Assembly: GCA_050049955.1 (NCBI GenBank)
Contig: JASFVG010000001.1
Coordinates: 1 to 38,534, forward strand
Length of the DNA: 38,534 bases
Direction of reading: 5' to 3'
From: Anaerolineae bacterium
Lineage (GTDB): Bacteria; Chloroflexota; Anaerolineae; B4-G1
Part shown: in pieces, positions 16,422 through 25,302 of the stretch
Numbering within the stretch: position 1 is the first letter of the stretch
Layout: each line of letters begins with the position of its first letter
Translations under genes and position numbers: made by a program
Notes under the pieces: model-generated
Database searches by the model: none
What the model was told of the DNA's origin: nothing
Seen by the model: only the letters and a program-made list of their open reading frames with translations

Positions 16422-17231
16422 CTACTCCTCTGGAACGATAGTAACGCGGCGCCGATCCCCCTCGTAGATGCTCTCAGTGGTCACTCGCCTGTCGCCATAG
16501 AGGGCTACGTGGACGACCCGCCGCTCGTGGGGCGGCATAGGCTGCAGAACAACGGTGCGGCTGGTATCCGATGCTTGATCTGCCATACGATGTGCCAGAT
16601 CGCGAATCCGCTCGGCGCGCCTGGCCTTGTAGCCTTGTACGTCCACGACGACGTGGACCCAGCCCTTCATTCTTCTGCCAACGAGCAGGCGCGTGATGTA
16701 CTGGAGAGCGTTCAGCACCTCGCCGTCAGGGCCAATCAGTATGTCTGTATCCGGGCCGCTCACCTGGATCTCAAGGGGCGGTTCGTCCGTGTCGTTGGGG
16801 CCGGGCTCCGCTCGCCGCACATCGACTTGGGCGCCGTGCAGCCCTGCTGCATCCAGAAGGCCTTCCATGATCTCTCGGGTCGTCTGGAGCTTCTCTTCTT
16901 CTGTCAGCACCGCCGGTCCCTCGCCCTCGACCTCCGATGGCTCGTCGTACGTGGTCGCTTCGCTGGGAATGGGTTCCGCCGTCGGCACAGATTGCTCACG
17001 CAGGGGGGGCGCCGGTTGAGGCGATGGTTGGGCCTTGAGCGCCATGTGTGACGTGACTGTCAGGCGTACTCGAGCCGCGCGAGCCCCCAGGCCGAACACA
17101 CCTGGGCGACCCTCATCGAGCACCTCGACATCTACCGCCTCCCGAGGGAGGTTGAGGCGCGCCAGCCCGGCGGCTGTCGCCGCGTCCACATCCTTCCCGG
17201 CAACTTCAATCACTGATTTGTTTTGTGGCAT
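16422..17231 (-). CDS. jag: Jag/KhpB-type RNA-binding protein (Jag_N + KH + R3H)
   Basis: Jag_N segment VIEVAGKDVDAATAAGLARLNLPREAVDVEVLDEGRPGVFGLG, a KH-like core, and the C-terminal R3H segment MPPHERRVVHVALYGDRRVTTESIYEGDRRRVTIVP. It sits directly downstream of yidC, as in many bacteria. Confidence 0.85.
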   Translation of the reverse strand: MPQNKSVIEVAGKDVDAATAAGLARLNLPREAVDVEVLDEGRPGVFGLGARAARVRLTVTSHMALKAQPSPQPAPPLREQSVPTAEPIPSEATTYDEPSEVEGEGPAVLTEEEKLQTTREIMEGLLDAAGLHGAQVDVRRAEPGPNDTDEPPLEIQVSGPDTDILIGPDGEVLNALQYITRLLVGRRMKGWVHVVVDVQGYKARRAERIRDLAHRMADQASDTSRTVVLQPMPPHERRVVHVALYGDRRVTTESIYEGDRRRVTIVPEE

Positions 17232-17275
17232 GATTGGCTCCTGAGCAGAAAACGTGAGTGAGACAAGAACGGCCG

Positions 17276-18052
17276 CTACTTCTTGGGCCGCCTCCTGGGT
17301 CTAGGGGCAGGTTCATCGCTTTTCTCCCCCCGATTCGTCCGAATGAAGTAGAACTGGGCCATACCAAACAGGTTAGAGATGATGAAGTAAATCGACAGCC
17401 CGGTCGCGTACTGAAGGGAGATGAAGCCGAACATCAGCGGCATCATGATCTGCATCTGCTGGTTCATCGCCTCCGCTTGAGACTGGCCGTCTCCGGCCCG
17501 CGGCGGGGTCAGCAGCTTCTGCTGGAGCCACGACGTAGCGAAGACGAGGATGGGTAGCGAGTACGCCCACCACTGGGCCGGGCTGGGAGGCTGGCCGAGG
17601 TTCATCCCCAAGAACGTGCTCTGAAGCGGCACGAGTCCCGTTAGGCTGGGCAGCCAGTTATCGATGAATATCTGCCCTGAGAACTGAAAGAGCTGCACAG
17701 GCGTTGAGGGGACAATGAAGATGATGGCGCGGTAGAGGGCGATCATAATGGGCAACTGGATGATCAAGGGCAAGCAACCGCCTGCGGGGTTGACGCCGGC
17801 CTTGCGCCACAGTTTCATCTGCTCTTGCGACAGTGTCTCCTGGTCATCCCCGTACTTGTCGCGCAGCTTCTCAATCTCCGGTTGGAGTTCCTGCATCTTC
17901 TGGGCCGACCGCTGCTGGCTGAGGGTCAGTGGGAGAATCAGCAGGCGAATCAGAACGGTCAGTGCGGCGATAGCTGCAATCGTCTGCTGTCCCAGGAACT
18001 GATACAGGAGCAGCAGTAGGTTGGCGAATGGGTATACAATGAAATCTAGCAT
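17276..18052 (-). CDS. yidC: Membrane protein insertase YidC (short, Oxa1/SpoIIIJ type)
   Basis: MQELQPEIEKLRDKYGDDQETLSQEQMKLWRKAGVNPAGGCLPLIIQLPIMIALYRAI plus further TM helices and a basic C-tail. I chose ATG 18052 (MLDFIVYPFANLLLLLYQ). The ORF is open to 18100. Confidence 0.9.
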   Translation of the reverse strand: MLDFIVYPFANLLLLLYQFLGQQTIAAIAALTVLIRLLILPLTLSQQRSAQKMQELQPEIEKLRDKYGDDQETLSQEQMKLWRKAGVNPAGGCLPLIIQLPIMIALYRAIIFIVPSTPVQLFQFSGQIFIDNWLPSLTGLVPLQSTFLGMNLGQPPSPAQWWAYSLPILVFATSWLQQKLLTPPRAGDGQSQAEAMNQQMQIMMPLMFGFISLQYATGLSIYFIISNLFGMAQFYFIRTNRGEKSDEPAPRPRRRPKK

Positions 18053-18066
18053 ATCGAGTTCTTGTC

Positions 18067-19239
18067 CTAGTTCTCTTCTTCCGGCGGAGGGAAGACCCAA
18101 ACCTCGCGTCCCTCCTCCACCTGCAGGGCTCGGATGCGAGCATCACCGAGGATGAGTGATTGGTAAACGAGCGAATCGCTTACCACCGGCCTGGACAGCC
18201 CCTGCCCTGCGGCAGCCCTCGACCAGTTCACGAAACCGTCGGTAATGGCCAGCGCATAGAGCGAGCCTGTCTCAGAAGTCACGAAGAGCTGGTTGCCATC
18301 GTCGCTGATAGCCGGGCCGGCTCTGACGGGCACGGGTTGACCGCGGTCCGTCACGAGGTCCTTCTGCCAGCGCACGTCCCCGCTATCTGCTTCGAAAGCA
18401 AAGACTCGGCCTTTCACATCGACGGCGTATACTGTGTCTCCGTGAACGGCAGCGCTACCCCAGAACCAGTCCTCACCCTCGAAATGCCAGAGCTCAGTAC
18501 CGTCCTCGGCATCGATCGCGTAGAATGTGTCGTCGAACGCGCCGATGTAGAGCGTGCCGTCCTTCAAAGCCGGGGTACTCGCGAAAGCCCCCTTCCTCCC
18601 GAATGCCCATTTGACGTCGCCTGTGCTCACGTCCAGGGCGTACAGGTGACGGTCCATCGACCCGATATAGGCCGTGTCTGCCACAATGAGCGGGGTACTC
18701 CACACGTGGTGGTCAGTCTCGAAGGTCCAGAGGAGTGAACCGCTCTCAATCTCCAGGGCATAGACGTTGCCGTCGCTATTGCCTATGATGAACGTGTCGC
18801 CACTGACCGCACCGCCCTCGACGAAGAGGTCGGTGGCACCATCGAAGCGCCACAGCTCCCGACCATCTTCACCCAGCGCCCAGACGATGCTCCTTCGCTG
18901 GCTGATGAATCCACCCGTGGTGATCTGCGAGGCGAAGAACACACGCCCGCCGTCGCTGACGGCAGGAGCTGCGTAGAAGAGGCCCTGGTTGTCATCCTCC
19001 GGATTCCTGGGGAAGGTCCACAGAGTTGCTCCGCTGCTTGGGTCCATCGCGCGGGCCTGTTGAAGGTCCGCTGCGTACAGCGTATCACCAGCGATGGTCA
19101 GGCCGGTCCAGCTCCCGGCCCTCACACCGCCGGCACAGCCACTCGTAGCCAACAGCAGTGCCACCAACAACGAGAGGGGGATGGCCCAGCGCGGTGTCCT
19201 AGCTCGATTCAATGAACTCTCCTCCACATCTAGGGTCAC
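18067..19239 (-). CDS. PQQ-like beta-propeller repeat lipoprotein (BamB-like fold)
   Basis: Signal peptide with a lipobox-like LLLATSGC. It is followed by at least six repeats of the hYAhDxxxGxxxW(x)F type: [88 protein letters not shown]. The GTG start overlaps the yidD stop (GTGA). Confidence 0.8.
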   Translation of the reverse strand: MTLDVEESSLNRARTPRWAIPLSLLVALLLATSGCAGGVRAGSWTGLTIAGDTLYAADLQQARAMDPSSGATLWTFPRNPEDDNQGLFYAAPAVSDGGRVFFASQITTGGFISQRRSIVWALGEDGRELWRFDGATDLFVEGGAVSGDTFIIGNSDGNVYALEIESGSLLWTFETDHHVWSTPLIVADTAYIGSMDRHLYALDVSTGDVKWAFGRKGAFASTPALKDGTLYIGAFDDTFYAIDAEDGTELWHFEGEDWFWGSAAVHGDTVYAVDVKGRVFAFEADSGDVRWQKDLVTDRGQPVPVRAGPAISDDGNQLFVTSETGSLYALAITDGFVNWSRAAAGQGLSRPVVSDSLVYQSLILGDARIRALQVEEGREVWVFPPPEEEN

Positions 19240-19520
19240 GTAGACCGCGACGAGCTGCCAGCCGCAGGCGCGTCGCGGAGTTCGATGGAAGCCTTTGGCA
19301 ATCCGTTCAGGTCAGGTACGGGATCGTACCCGCCTGGATTGAAGGGGTGACAGCGGGCTATCCGCTTCACAGCCAACCAACCCCCGCGCCACGCTCCGTG
19401 GAGCGAGATAGCTTCCAGGCTGTATTCAGAGCAAGAAGGGTAGAAACGACAAGTGGGCGGCAGCACACGCGAAAGCGTGAGCTGGTAGAGGCGAATAAGC
19501 CCCAGCAAGATAGACTTCAT
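19236..19520 (-). CDS. yidD: Membrane protein insertion efficiency factor YidD
   Basis: [72 protein letters not shown] 19520. The ORF-track extension to 19658 shows no homology. Confidence 0.9.
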   Translation of the reverse strand: MKSILLGLIRLYQLTLSRVLPPTCRFYPSCSEYSLEAISLHGAWRGGWLAVKRIARCHPFNPGGYDPVPDLNGLPKASIELRDAPAAGSSSRST

Positions 19521-19599
19521 AGTTTGGTATTCTAGGTTGAGAACGCAACACCCGCTGGGCTTCGAGCGACACCGGTCGCTCATCACGTGATTTCGGGTA

Positions 19600-19971
19600 T
19601 TACGCCACGTCCCTCTTTCTGTTCTGCGATTGCAGGTCCTGCAGTTCGGCCCGTCCAAGCAGCGAAGCCAGTGCTTCCTCGACCGCCATCTCCCCTACAT
19701 CGATGAGCTTCGGGCGAGCAATCAGCATGATGTCCCAACCCTCGGACTCAAACGTGGGGTAGAGGCTACGCGCGGCCTCGCGCAGGAGGCGTTTCGCGCG
19801 ATTGCGTTGTACCGCATTCCCCACCTTGCGGCTCGCCGCGACGCCGACGCGGCTGAAGCCGACGACGTTGGGGCGAATGACCAGCACAAGCAAGGGGTGT
19901 GCCCACGATTCGCCCTCATCATAGACCCGTTCAACATCGCGACTGTGCCGGAGGCGAAGTCTTCGCTCCAT
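19600..19971 (-). CDS. rnpA: Ribonuclease P protein component
   Basis: [62 protein letters not shown] (RNR motif). Start is ATG 19971 or TTG 19986. Confidence 0.88.
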   Translation of the reverse strand: MERRLRLRHSRDVERVYDEGESWAHPLLVLVIRPNVVGFSRVGVAASRKVGNAVQRNRAKRLLREAARSLYPTFESEGWDIMLIARPKLIDVGEMAVEEALASLLGRAELQDLQSQNRKRDVA

Positions 19972-20033
19972 GCCCTGGTGATTCAAGAGTCCCGTTGACA
20001 GAGCGATCGTTCACGATGGTCGGGAGCCGGTGG

Positions 20034-20210
20034 CTATCCTTCCTTCCAGTTCCGCTTCTTCGCCTGGGGTTTGCCCACGCTCAACAGCTTGCGCCCCTTC
20101 TTGCGGCGTAGCTTCAAAATCCGGCGTCCGCTCTTGGTTGATTGACGCGCCATGAAGCCGTGCGTTCGCTTGCGTTTGCGCTTCTTCGGCTGGTAGGTTC
20201 GCTTCGGCAT
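20034..20210 (-). CDS. rpmH: 50S ribosomal protein L34 (58 aa, C-terminally extended); below the ORF-track length cut-off
   Basis: Hand translation of the minus strand gives [68 protein letters not shown] lies immediately upstream of the ATG. It holds the canonical position upstream of rnpA. Confidence 0.9.
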   Translation of the reverse strand: MPKRTYQPKKRKRKRTHGFMARQSTKSGRRILKLRRKKGRKLLSVGKPQAKKRNWKEG

Positions 20211-20292
20211 CTCCTCCTCCTTCGCCGATTTGGAAAATGGGAACGACCATCCGCCGGCGATTGCCCGACTGCCGCGATTTCACTACATAGGT

Positions 20293-20324
20293 GCTCCCAC
20301 GCCCGCATCTGATGGCGTGGGAGC
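20293..20324. repeat. Perfect 11-bp inverted repeat (hairpin, 10-nt loop) in the rpmH upstream region
   Basis: gctcccacgcc-cgcatctgat-ggcgtgggagc. No U-run follows it on either strand. Confidence 0.6.
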
Positions 20325-20451
20325 CCGGCTCGCCCGCGGATAGACGTCACTGTGCGACTGAGCAAGCATCCAGATCTTGCTGCCCAAATCCAGCTTATGG
20401 CAATCCCCACCTCCCGCGGCAGCGCCACTCTGAATGCTATTTTGACTCCCC

Positions 20452-20480
20452 ATTATACCTCAATGCCCAGCACCGGTCAA
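20452..20480 (-). promoter_or_regulatory. Consensus sigma70-type promoter (TTGACC-17-TATAAT) reading toward rpmH
   Basis: The minus strand reads TTGACCggtgctgggcattgaggTATAAT. It lies about 240 nt upstream of the rpmH ATG. Confidence 0.5.
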
Positions 20481-20540
20481 ATCCGCGCCCTGGCGGCCCA
20501 AGAGACGTCTGAAGGGCGCGGATGAGTGGCGCCTTGCCCG

Positions 20541-23060
20541 CTAGAGCACACTGACAGGATCCACTTCAATGCGCCACCCTGGAGGGATCTGTAGCCCGCT
20601 CAGGAAAGCCGGGGGTGACGGATGCCGCAGCAGGATCTGCCAACGGTAGCGACCCCGCAAGCGGGCAAAGAAAGGGGGAGCCGGGCCTATCAGGTTGGCC
20701 ACTGGCAAGCCTTCGCCTGTCAGTGCATCCCGCAGCAAGCCTGCGAGTTGCTCCGCCCTGCCCCGGCCATGAGCGTCATTCGTACTCTCATGGACCAGCT
20801 TAGCCAGGCGGCTGTACGGCGGGTAGCTTTGCTCGCGGCGGAAGGCCAGCTCGTGCGCAGCGAACGCCTCGTAGTCGTGCTTTGAGGCCGCATCGACGGC
20901 GTAGTGGTCGGGGTGGTAGGTCTGGACAACCACCCGCCCGCCCAGCAGCCCACGCCCTGCCCGGCCCGCAACCTGCGTAAGCAACTGGAAGGTGCGCTCG
21001 CCGGAACGGAAGTCGGGCAGGTTGAGCGCCGTGTCGGCCGAGATCACGCCGACCACAGTGACGAGCGGCAGATCTAGCCCTTTGGTGATCATCTGCGTTC
21101 CGACGAGAACATCGGCCGCGCCGCTCGCGAAGCGCCTCAGGATGTTGGCGTGTGCAGCGTGGGTGTGTGCGGTGTCGCGGTCCCAGCGCAGCAGGCGGAC
21201 CTCAGGCCAACGCTCACGCACCGTCTGCTCTAGGCGTTCGGTGCCGAGTCCGAAGTAGCGGATGCGTTCACCGTCGCAGGCCGGGCAGCTCTTCGGCTGC
21301 GGGGCGCGGTGGTTGCAGTGGTGGCAGACCAGGAGGGCGCGCGGGCCATGGTAGGTCAGCGGAACATCGCAGCGCGGACAGCGCGCTACGTATCCACAGT
21401 CTCGGCATAGCACGAAGGTTGCCGTGCCACGCCGGTTGAGAAAGAGAATCACCTGCTCACCACGGGACAGCGCGTCGTCCATCGCGCGCTGCAGCGCGCG
21501 GCTGAAGATGGACCGATTCCCGGCGCGTAGCTCGGACCGGAGGTCGACAATCTTCACTGGCGGCAGCGGCATGGTGCGCGCCTCGGTCATCTCGCCGTCC
21601 AGGGGCCGATATCGGCTCTGCGGCACCTGGTAGCGCGCCTGGAGCTCCTGGAGGCGGCGGGTGTGGCCCATGATCCTGCGAGGCATCTTCAGGAGCGTGA
21701 AGGTGCTTTGCTTCGCCCGGTGGAACGACTCCAGGCTCGGCGTGGCTGAGCCGAGGATCACCGTTGCGCCGTGCAGCCGGGCCAGCTCGAGGGCAGCCTC
21801 ACGGGCGTGGTAGCGCGGCCGGGGAGCCTCCTGCTTGTAGCTGTCGTCGTGCTCCTCGTCAAGCACGATTAAGCCCAGAGGAGAGAGGGGGGCAAACAGC
21901 GCCGACCGCGGTCCGACCACGACGTCGAGTGCGTCGTCTCGGATACGGCGCCAGGTGTCGTACCGCTCACCCTCCGTGAGGGCGCTGTGGAGCACCGCGA
22001 CCCGGTCGGGGAAGCGCCCGGAAAAGCGTTCGACGGTCTGTGGCGTAAGGGAGATCTCTGGCACCAGGATGATGGCTTTCCGCTTCTGCTCCAACGCCCG
22101 AGCCAGGCCGCGCAGGTAGATCTCGGTCTTGCCCGAGCCGGTGACACCGTGGAGCAGGAATGCCGCGAACCGTGAGACATCGATGGCACTTTGCACCGTA
22201 GTCCACACGGCTTGCTGATCGGGGGTGAGGGTCGGGGCCGTCGTGGGGATGAAGACCTCGTGGGCCAGTGGGTCTCTCCACACCTCAGCGGTGCCGAATG
22301 TGACGGCACCCCGTTCCTCCAGCTTCTTCAGGTGGTAGCGCTTGCAGCCAGTCTCGCGCATCACACGCCGAACCTCGACTGGGCGATCCTCGCCGAGCAA
22401 GAGGTCCAGGATAGCGGGATAGCAGTCACTGCTAAGGCCAGTGAGGGCGGTGTCGAAATCGATGTCAGGGAGGAGCCAGGTCGTGTCCACGCGCTTGGGC
22501 TCAGCCCGCGGCGGGGCGAGAAACGACTCGCGTGTCACCACCCCTCGACGCGCGAGTTGCCCGGACGCTGCCCGCCAATCGACGCCGCGCAGGGCAGCGG
22601 ACAGCTGGCTTCCCCGCAACGGGCCCCGCCGTCGGAGCAGCGCGAGCAGCCGCGCCTGTGCCTCGGTCTTGGCCGCGCCGGCAGGCACGTCACCGTTGAG
22701 GGACACCTTGATATCAGCGTGACCAACCATGCCCGGAGGGAGCATCAGATCCAGGCATTCATAGAGGGATGCAAGATACTCGTCGGCCAGCCAGCGGGCC
22801 AGCGCGATCTGTTCGGCGGTGAGGACGGGCTGGGGATCCACCAAAGATTCGATGGGCCGGGTCTCCGCCACTGGTGATCGGCTGCTAAGCCTCACCACCA
22901 CCCCGTATAGCCGGCGGCTGCCGAACGGCACCACAACCAGTGAGCCAGCCGCGACACGGCCGTTCAGCCCCTCCGGGACGGAATAGGTGAACGCTGGCCT
23001 GTCCTCAGCTGCTTCGGCCGGCGAGAAGACGACAACCTCAGCGAAGGAGTCAAGTTCCAT
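20541..23060 (-). CDS. priA: Primosomal protein N' (replication restart helicase PriA)
   Basis: Walker A LLHGVTGSGKTEIY, DEEHD box, and the Zn-binding insert CRDCGYVARCPRCDVPLTYHGPRALLVCHHCNHRAPQPKSCPACDG. 839 aa. Confidence 0.92.
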   Translation of the reverse strand: MELDSFAEVVVFSPAEAAEDRPAFTYSVPEGLNGRVAAGSLVVVPFGSRRLYGVVVRLSSRSPVAETRPIESLVDPQPVLTAEQIALARWLADEYLASLYECLDLMLPPGMVGHADIKVSLNGDVPAGAAKTEAQARLLALLRRRGPLRGSQLSAALRGVDWRAASGQLARRGVVTRESFLAPPRAEPKRVDTTWLLPDIDFDTALTGLSSDCYPAILDLLLGEDRPVEVRRVMRETGCKRYHLKKLEERGAVTFGTAEVWRDPLAHEVFIPTTAPTLTPDQQAVWTTVQSAIDVSRFAAFLLHGVTGSGKTEIYLRGLARALEQKRKAIILVPEISLTPQTVERFSGRFPDRVAVLHSALTEGERYDTWRRIRDDALDVVVGPRSALFAPLSPLGLIVLDEEHDDSYKQEAPRPRYHAREAALELARLHGATVILGSATPSLESFHRAKQSTFTLLKMPRRIMGHTRRLQELQARYQVPQSRYRPLDGEMTEARTMPLPPVKIVDLRSELRAGNRSIFSRALQRAMDDALSRGEQVILFLNRRGTATFVLCRDCGYVARCPRCDVPLTYHGPRALLVCHHCNHRAPQPKSCPACDGERIRYFGLGTERLEQTVRERWPEVRLLRWDRDTAHTHAAHANILRRFASGAADVLVGTQMITKGLDLPLVTVVGVISADTALNLPDFRSGERTFQLLTQVAGRAGRGLLGGRVVVQTYHPDHYAVDAASKHDYEAFAAHELAFRREQSYPPYSRLAKLVHESTNDAHGRGRAEQLAGLLRDALTGEGLPVANLIGPAPPFFARLRGRYRWQILLRHPSPPAFLSGLQIPPGWRIEVDPVSVL

Positions 23061-23193
23061 CTGGAACCGATCGGTCAGACGCAGAGTGTTGGAGACGCCA
23101 TGCTCGGCGCGACGGCTGGGCTGAACGGTTGAACGGTCTGGTCAGCAGACAACCCACTCTACGCGTACGACGCTGTCTTTGTGATGCGCAAAC

Positions 23194-24045
23194 TCACACC
23201 TCCTCGCCGAACCGATGGCTGTAGCGGAGGAAGACCGCGTAACCAACGGCAAGGATGATCAGCGAGGTGACGGCGGTGCGGAGTAGGAAGTCTAGGCCCG
23301 TATAGGTGCCCCAGTAGAGTAGGTCGCGATAGGATGCAATGACCGAAGCCATGGGGTTCAGGCGGCGGAGCCAAAGCTGGGCGTCAAAGGTGATGCCCAG
23401 AATCGTCTTCTCTCGACCGATCTGGCTGATAGGATAGAAGACCGGCGTCAGAAAGAACCAGGCTTGGATCAAGACACCTAGGATGATCCGAGTGTCGCGG
23501 TAGAAGACATTGAGAGTCGCCAGGGCCATGCATATGCCTAGGCTGAACATCGCTTGGACCAGGAGGGGAACAGGCAGCAGGAGAGCCCACGGTGTGATCC
23601 TCGCTCCGGAAACCAAAGCCAGCCCGAAGAAGACAGGCAGCGCGATGACGTAGTTGACCAGGTTGGAGAAGACGATCGATATGGGGAGCACCTCACGGGG
23701 GAAATAGACTTTCTTGATCAGATGGGCGTTCTCTACGATGCTGTTGGTTGCCTCTGTCAGTGCCTGAGAGAAGAACTGCCATGGCAGCAGAGCGCAGAGA
23801 AGAAAGACGTGGTACTGGGCGAGGTCGGACTGGGCATAGAGGAAATTGAACACCACGGTGAAGACCAACATCATCAGGAGCGGGTTAGCCCATGACCAGA
23901 CGATGCCTAGCACCGAGTTCCGGTAGCGGACCTTCAGGTTGCGAGCCACCAGGTTGCGGATCAGCCCGCGATACTGCCAAAGCTCTCGCAGTCGATCGGA
24001 AATGGACATGGGCGCTTGCTCCTTCTCTTCTTCTCGGTCGGGCAC
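23194..24045 (-). CDS. ABC-2 type polysaccharide/polyol-phosphate export permease (Wzm/TagG-like)
   Basis: LIRNLVARNLKVRYRNSVLGIVWSWANPLLMMLVFTVVFNFL followed by six predicted TM segments. An alternative start is ATG 24009. Confidence 0.8.
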   Translation of the reverse strand: MPDREEEKEQAPMSISDRLRELWQYRGLIRNLVARNLKVRYRNSVLGIVWSWANPLLMMLVFTVVFNFLYAQSDLAQYHVFLLCALLPWQFFSQALTEATNSIVENAHLIKKVYFPREVLPISIVFSNLVNYVIALPVFFGLALVSGARITPWALLLPVPLLVQAMFSLGICMALATLNVFYRDTRIILGVLIQAWFFLTPVFYPISQIGREKTILGITFDAQLWLRRLNPMASVIASYRDLLYWGTYTGLDFLLRTAVTSLIILAVGYAVFLRYSHRFGEEV

Positions 24046-24070
24046 AGCGAGATGGTGGTCCGTTCAGGCT

Positions 24071-25270
24071 CTAACCACGCTCCAGCGCAACACGGTAGAC
24101 ATCGAGCAAATCGTGCCCGGCCTGGTCCCACGAGAAGTGGCGGCTGGCCCGCTGGCGAAGCGCCCGTCCGACCTCGTCGAAGCGGCCTGGTGCCTCAAGA
24201 AGGCCTTCGATGGCGTCGGCCAGGGCCGTCGGGTCGCCCACCGGGGCGGCATACGTGCCCAGAGCACCTAGGTACTCCCGGCTGACGGGCGTGTCAAAAG
24301 CGACAGTCGGCAGCCCCATGGCCATGTAGTTCAGAATCTTGCCTGCACCTTCGGTGGCCGAGAGCTTGGGCGCCACCGCGATGTCGCCGAGGGCAAGGTG
24401 AGCCGGAGCAGCTCCATACGGCACCTTTCCGGTGAACGTCACCCGATCGGAGACCTCGAGGTCCACCGCCATCTGCCTGTAGTGCTCAACGCCCGGGAAG
24501 CCCATCATCAGGAAATGGGCTTCCACACCGCGCTTCCTCAGCTCGCGAGCGGCCCGCAAGAGATGAGGGGTGCCTTGGTAATCGGCTAGAAGGCCCAGAT
24601 AGGCCACCACAGGCCCCTTGGGTGGGATACCGAGCCCGCTTCGACGCTTCGACACCTCCCGAGACGAGAGCACATCAGGCCTGAAGAAGTCGAGGTTGAC
24701 ACAGTCTGGCAGGGGATGGATCTGGCTTCCTGCGCAGTCGAACTCCTGCTCCAGAAGCGTAGCCGTCATTCTGGTACTGGTGACAATGGTATCAGGAAGG
24801 TGGACAATGCGGCGCTCCAATAACCGCACCCAGCGGTACCAGGGGCCATGAGGATCGAGGAATCGATGGTCGACCATCTCGCTAGTCATGCTGCCCTGGA
24901 TATCTGCCACGAGGGGTATCCGCTTGAGCCGGCTGATGAAGTAGCCAATCAGCGCGCCCTCGTGCAAGTGCCCGTGGACCAGGTCGAAGCGGCTGCTCAA
25001 GCCCACTCTCACGCTGGTCCAGGTCAGGAAAGCGTCGAATGCAATCTTGTGCAGAGAAGAACCGACCTCATAGTCCTCACGCCAGGGCGCCGGCCTGGTC
25101 CGTATGATCTCCAGGTCGGGCAGATCGCTTCCCCGGTAGTAGGTGACGATGGTGATCTGGTGGCCCAGACGCTGAAGCGCTCGCACCTCCTCCAGAATCC
25201 GCACGTGGCACCCGTAGTCCAGGAAGAAGGATGTGGGCGCGACCATCAAGATTCGGTAAGGTTCAGTCAC
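24071..25270 (-). CDS. Glycosyltransferase, GT4 family (GT-B fold)
   Basis: N-terminal RILMVAPTSFFLDYGCHVRILEEVRALQRLGHQITIVTY. The C-terminal half has VAYLGLLADYQG...DIAVAPKLSATEGAGKILNYMAMGLPTVAFD (E-x7-E-like region). Confidence 0.8.
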   Translation of the reverse strand: MTEPYRILMVAPTSFFLDYGCHVRILEEVRALQRLGHQITIVTYYRGSDLPDLEIIRTRPAPWREDYEVGSSLHKIAFDAFLTWTSVRVGLSSRFDLVHGHLHEGALIGYFISRLKRIPLVADIQGSMTSEMVDHRFLDPHGPWYRWVRLLERRIVHLPDTIVTSTRMTATLLEQEFDCAGSQIHPLPDCVNLDFFRPDVLSSREVSKRRSGLGIPPKGPVVAYLGLLADYQGTPHLLRAARELRKRGVEAHFLMMGFPGVEHYRQMAVDLEVSDRVTFTGKVPYGAAPAHLALGDIAVAPKLSATEGAGKILNYMAMGLPTVAFDTPVSREYLGALGTYAAPVGDPTALADAIEGLLEAPGRFDEVGRALRQRASRHFSWDQAGHDLLDVYRVALERG

Positions 25271-25302
25271 GGCGCGCGGATGACGAATGGCTAGGGGCGA
25301 GG

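Noticed and set aside
15867-17051. Long ORFs antisense to or overlapping the called genes. Examples: 15867..17051 + (394 aa), 27714..28730 + (338 aa), 31892..32815 + (307 aa), 606..1400 - (264 aa), 6346..7077 +, 12495..13166 +, 22191..22877 +, 3612..4121 -.
   Set aside because: Each lies opposite a gene with unmistakable family motifs. Their translations are Arg/Pro/Gly/Ala-rich with no recognisable motifs, as expected for stop-poor antisense frames in GC-rich DNA.
19582-19591. ATCACGTGAT considered as a parS site. Other CACGTG occurrences at ~5527, 7905, 18705, 25201 and 31889 were also checked.
   Set aside because: Only the 8-bp core matches TGTTNCACGTGAAACA, and the arms do not (about 8 of 16 positions). 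None of the other CACGTG sites has parS arms.
23122-23137. Tandem 8-mer TGAACGGT-TGAACGGT upstream of priA.
   Set aside because: Only two copies of a short unit. It could be an operator, but nothing else supports that, and it is too weak to report as a finding.
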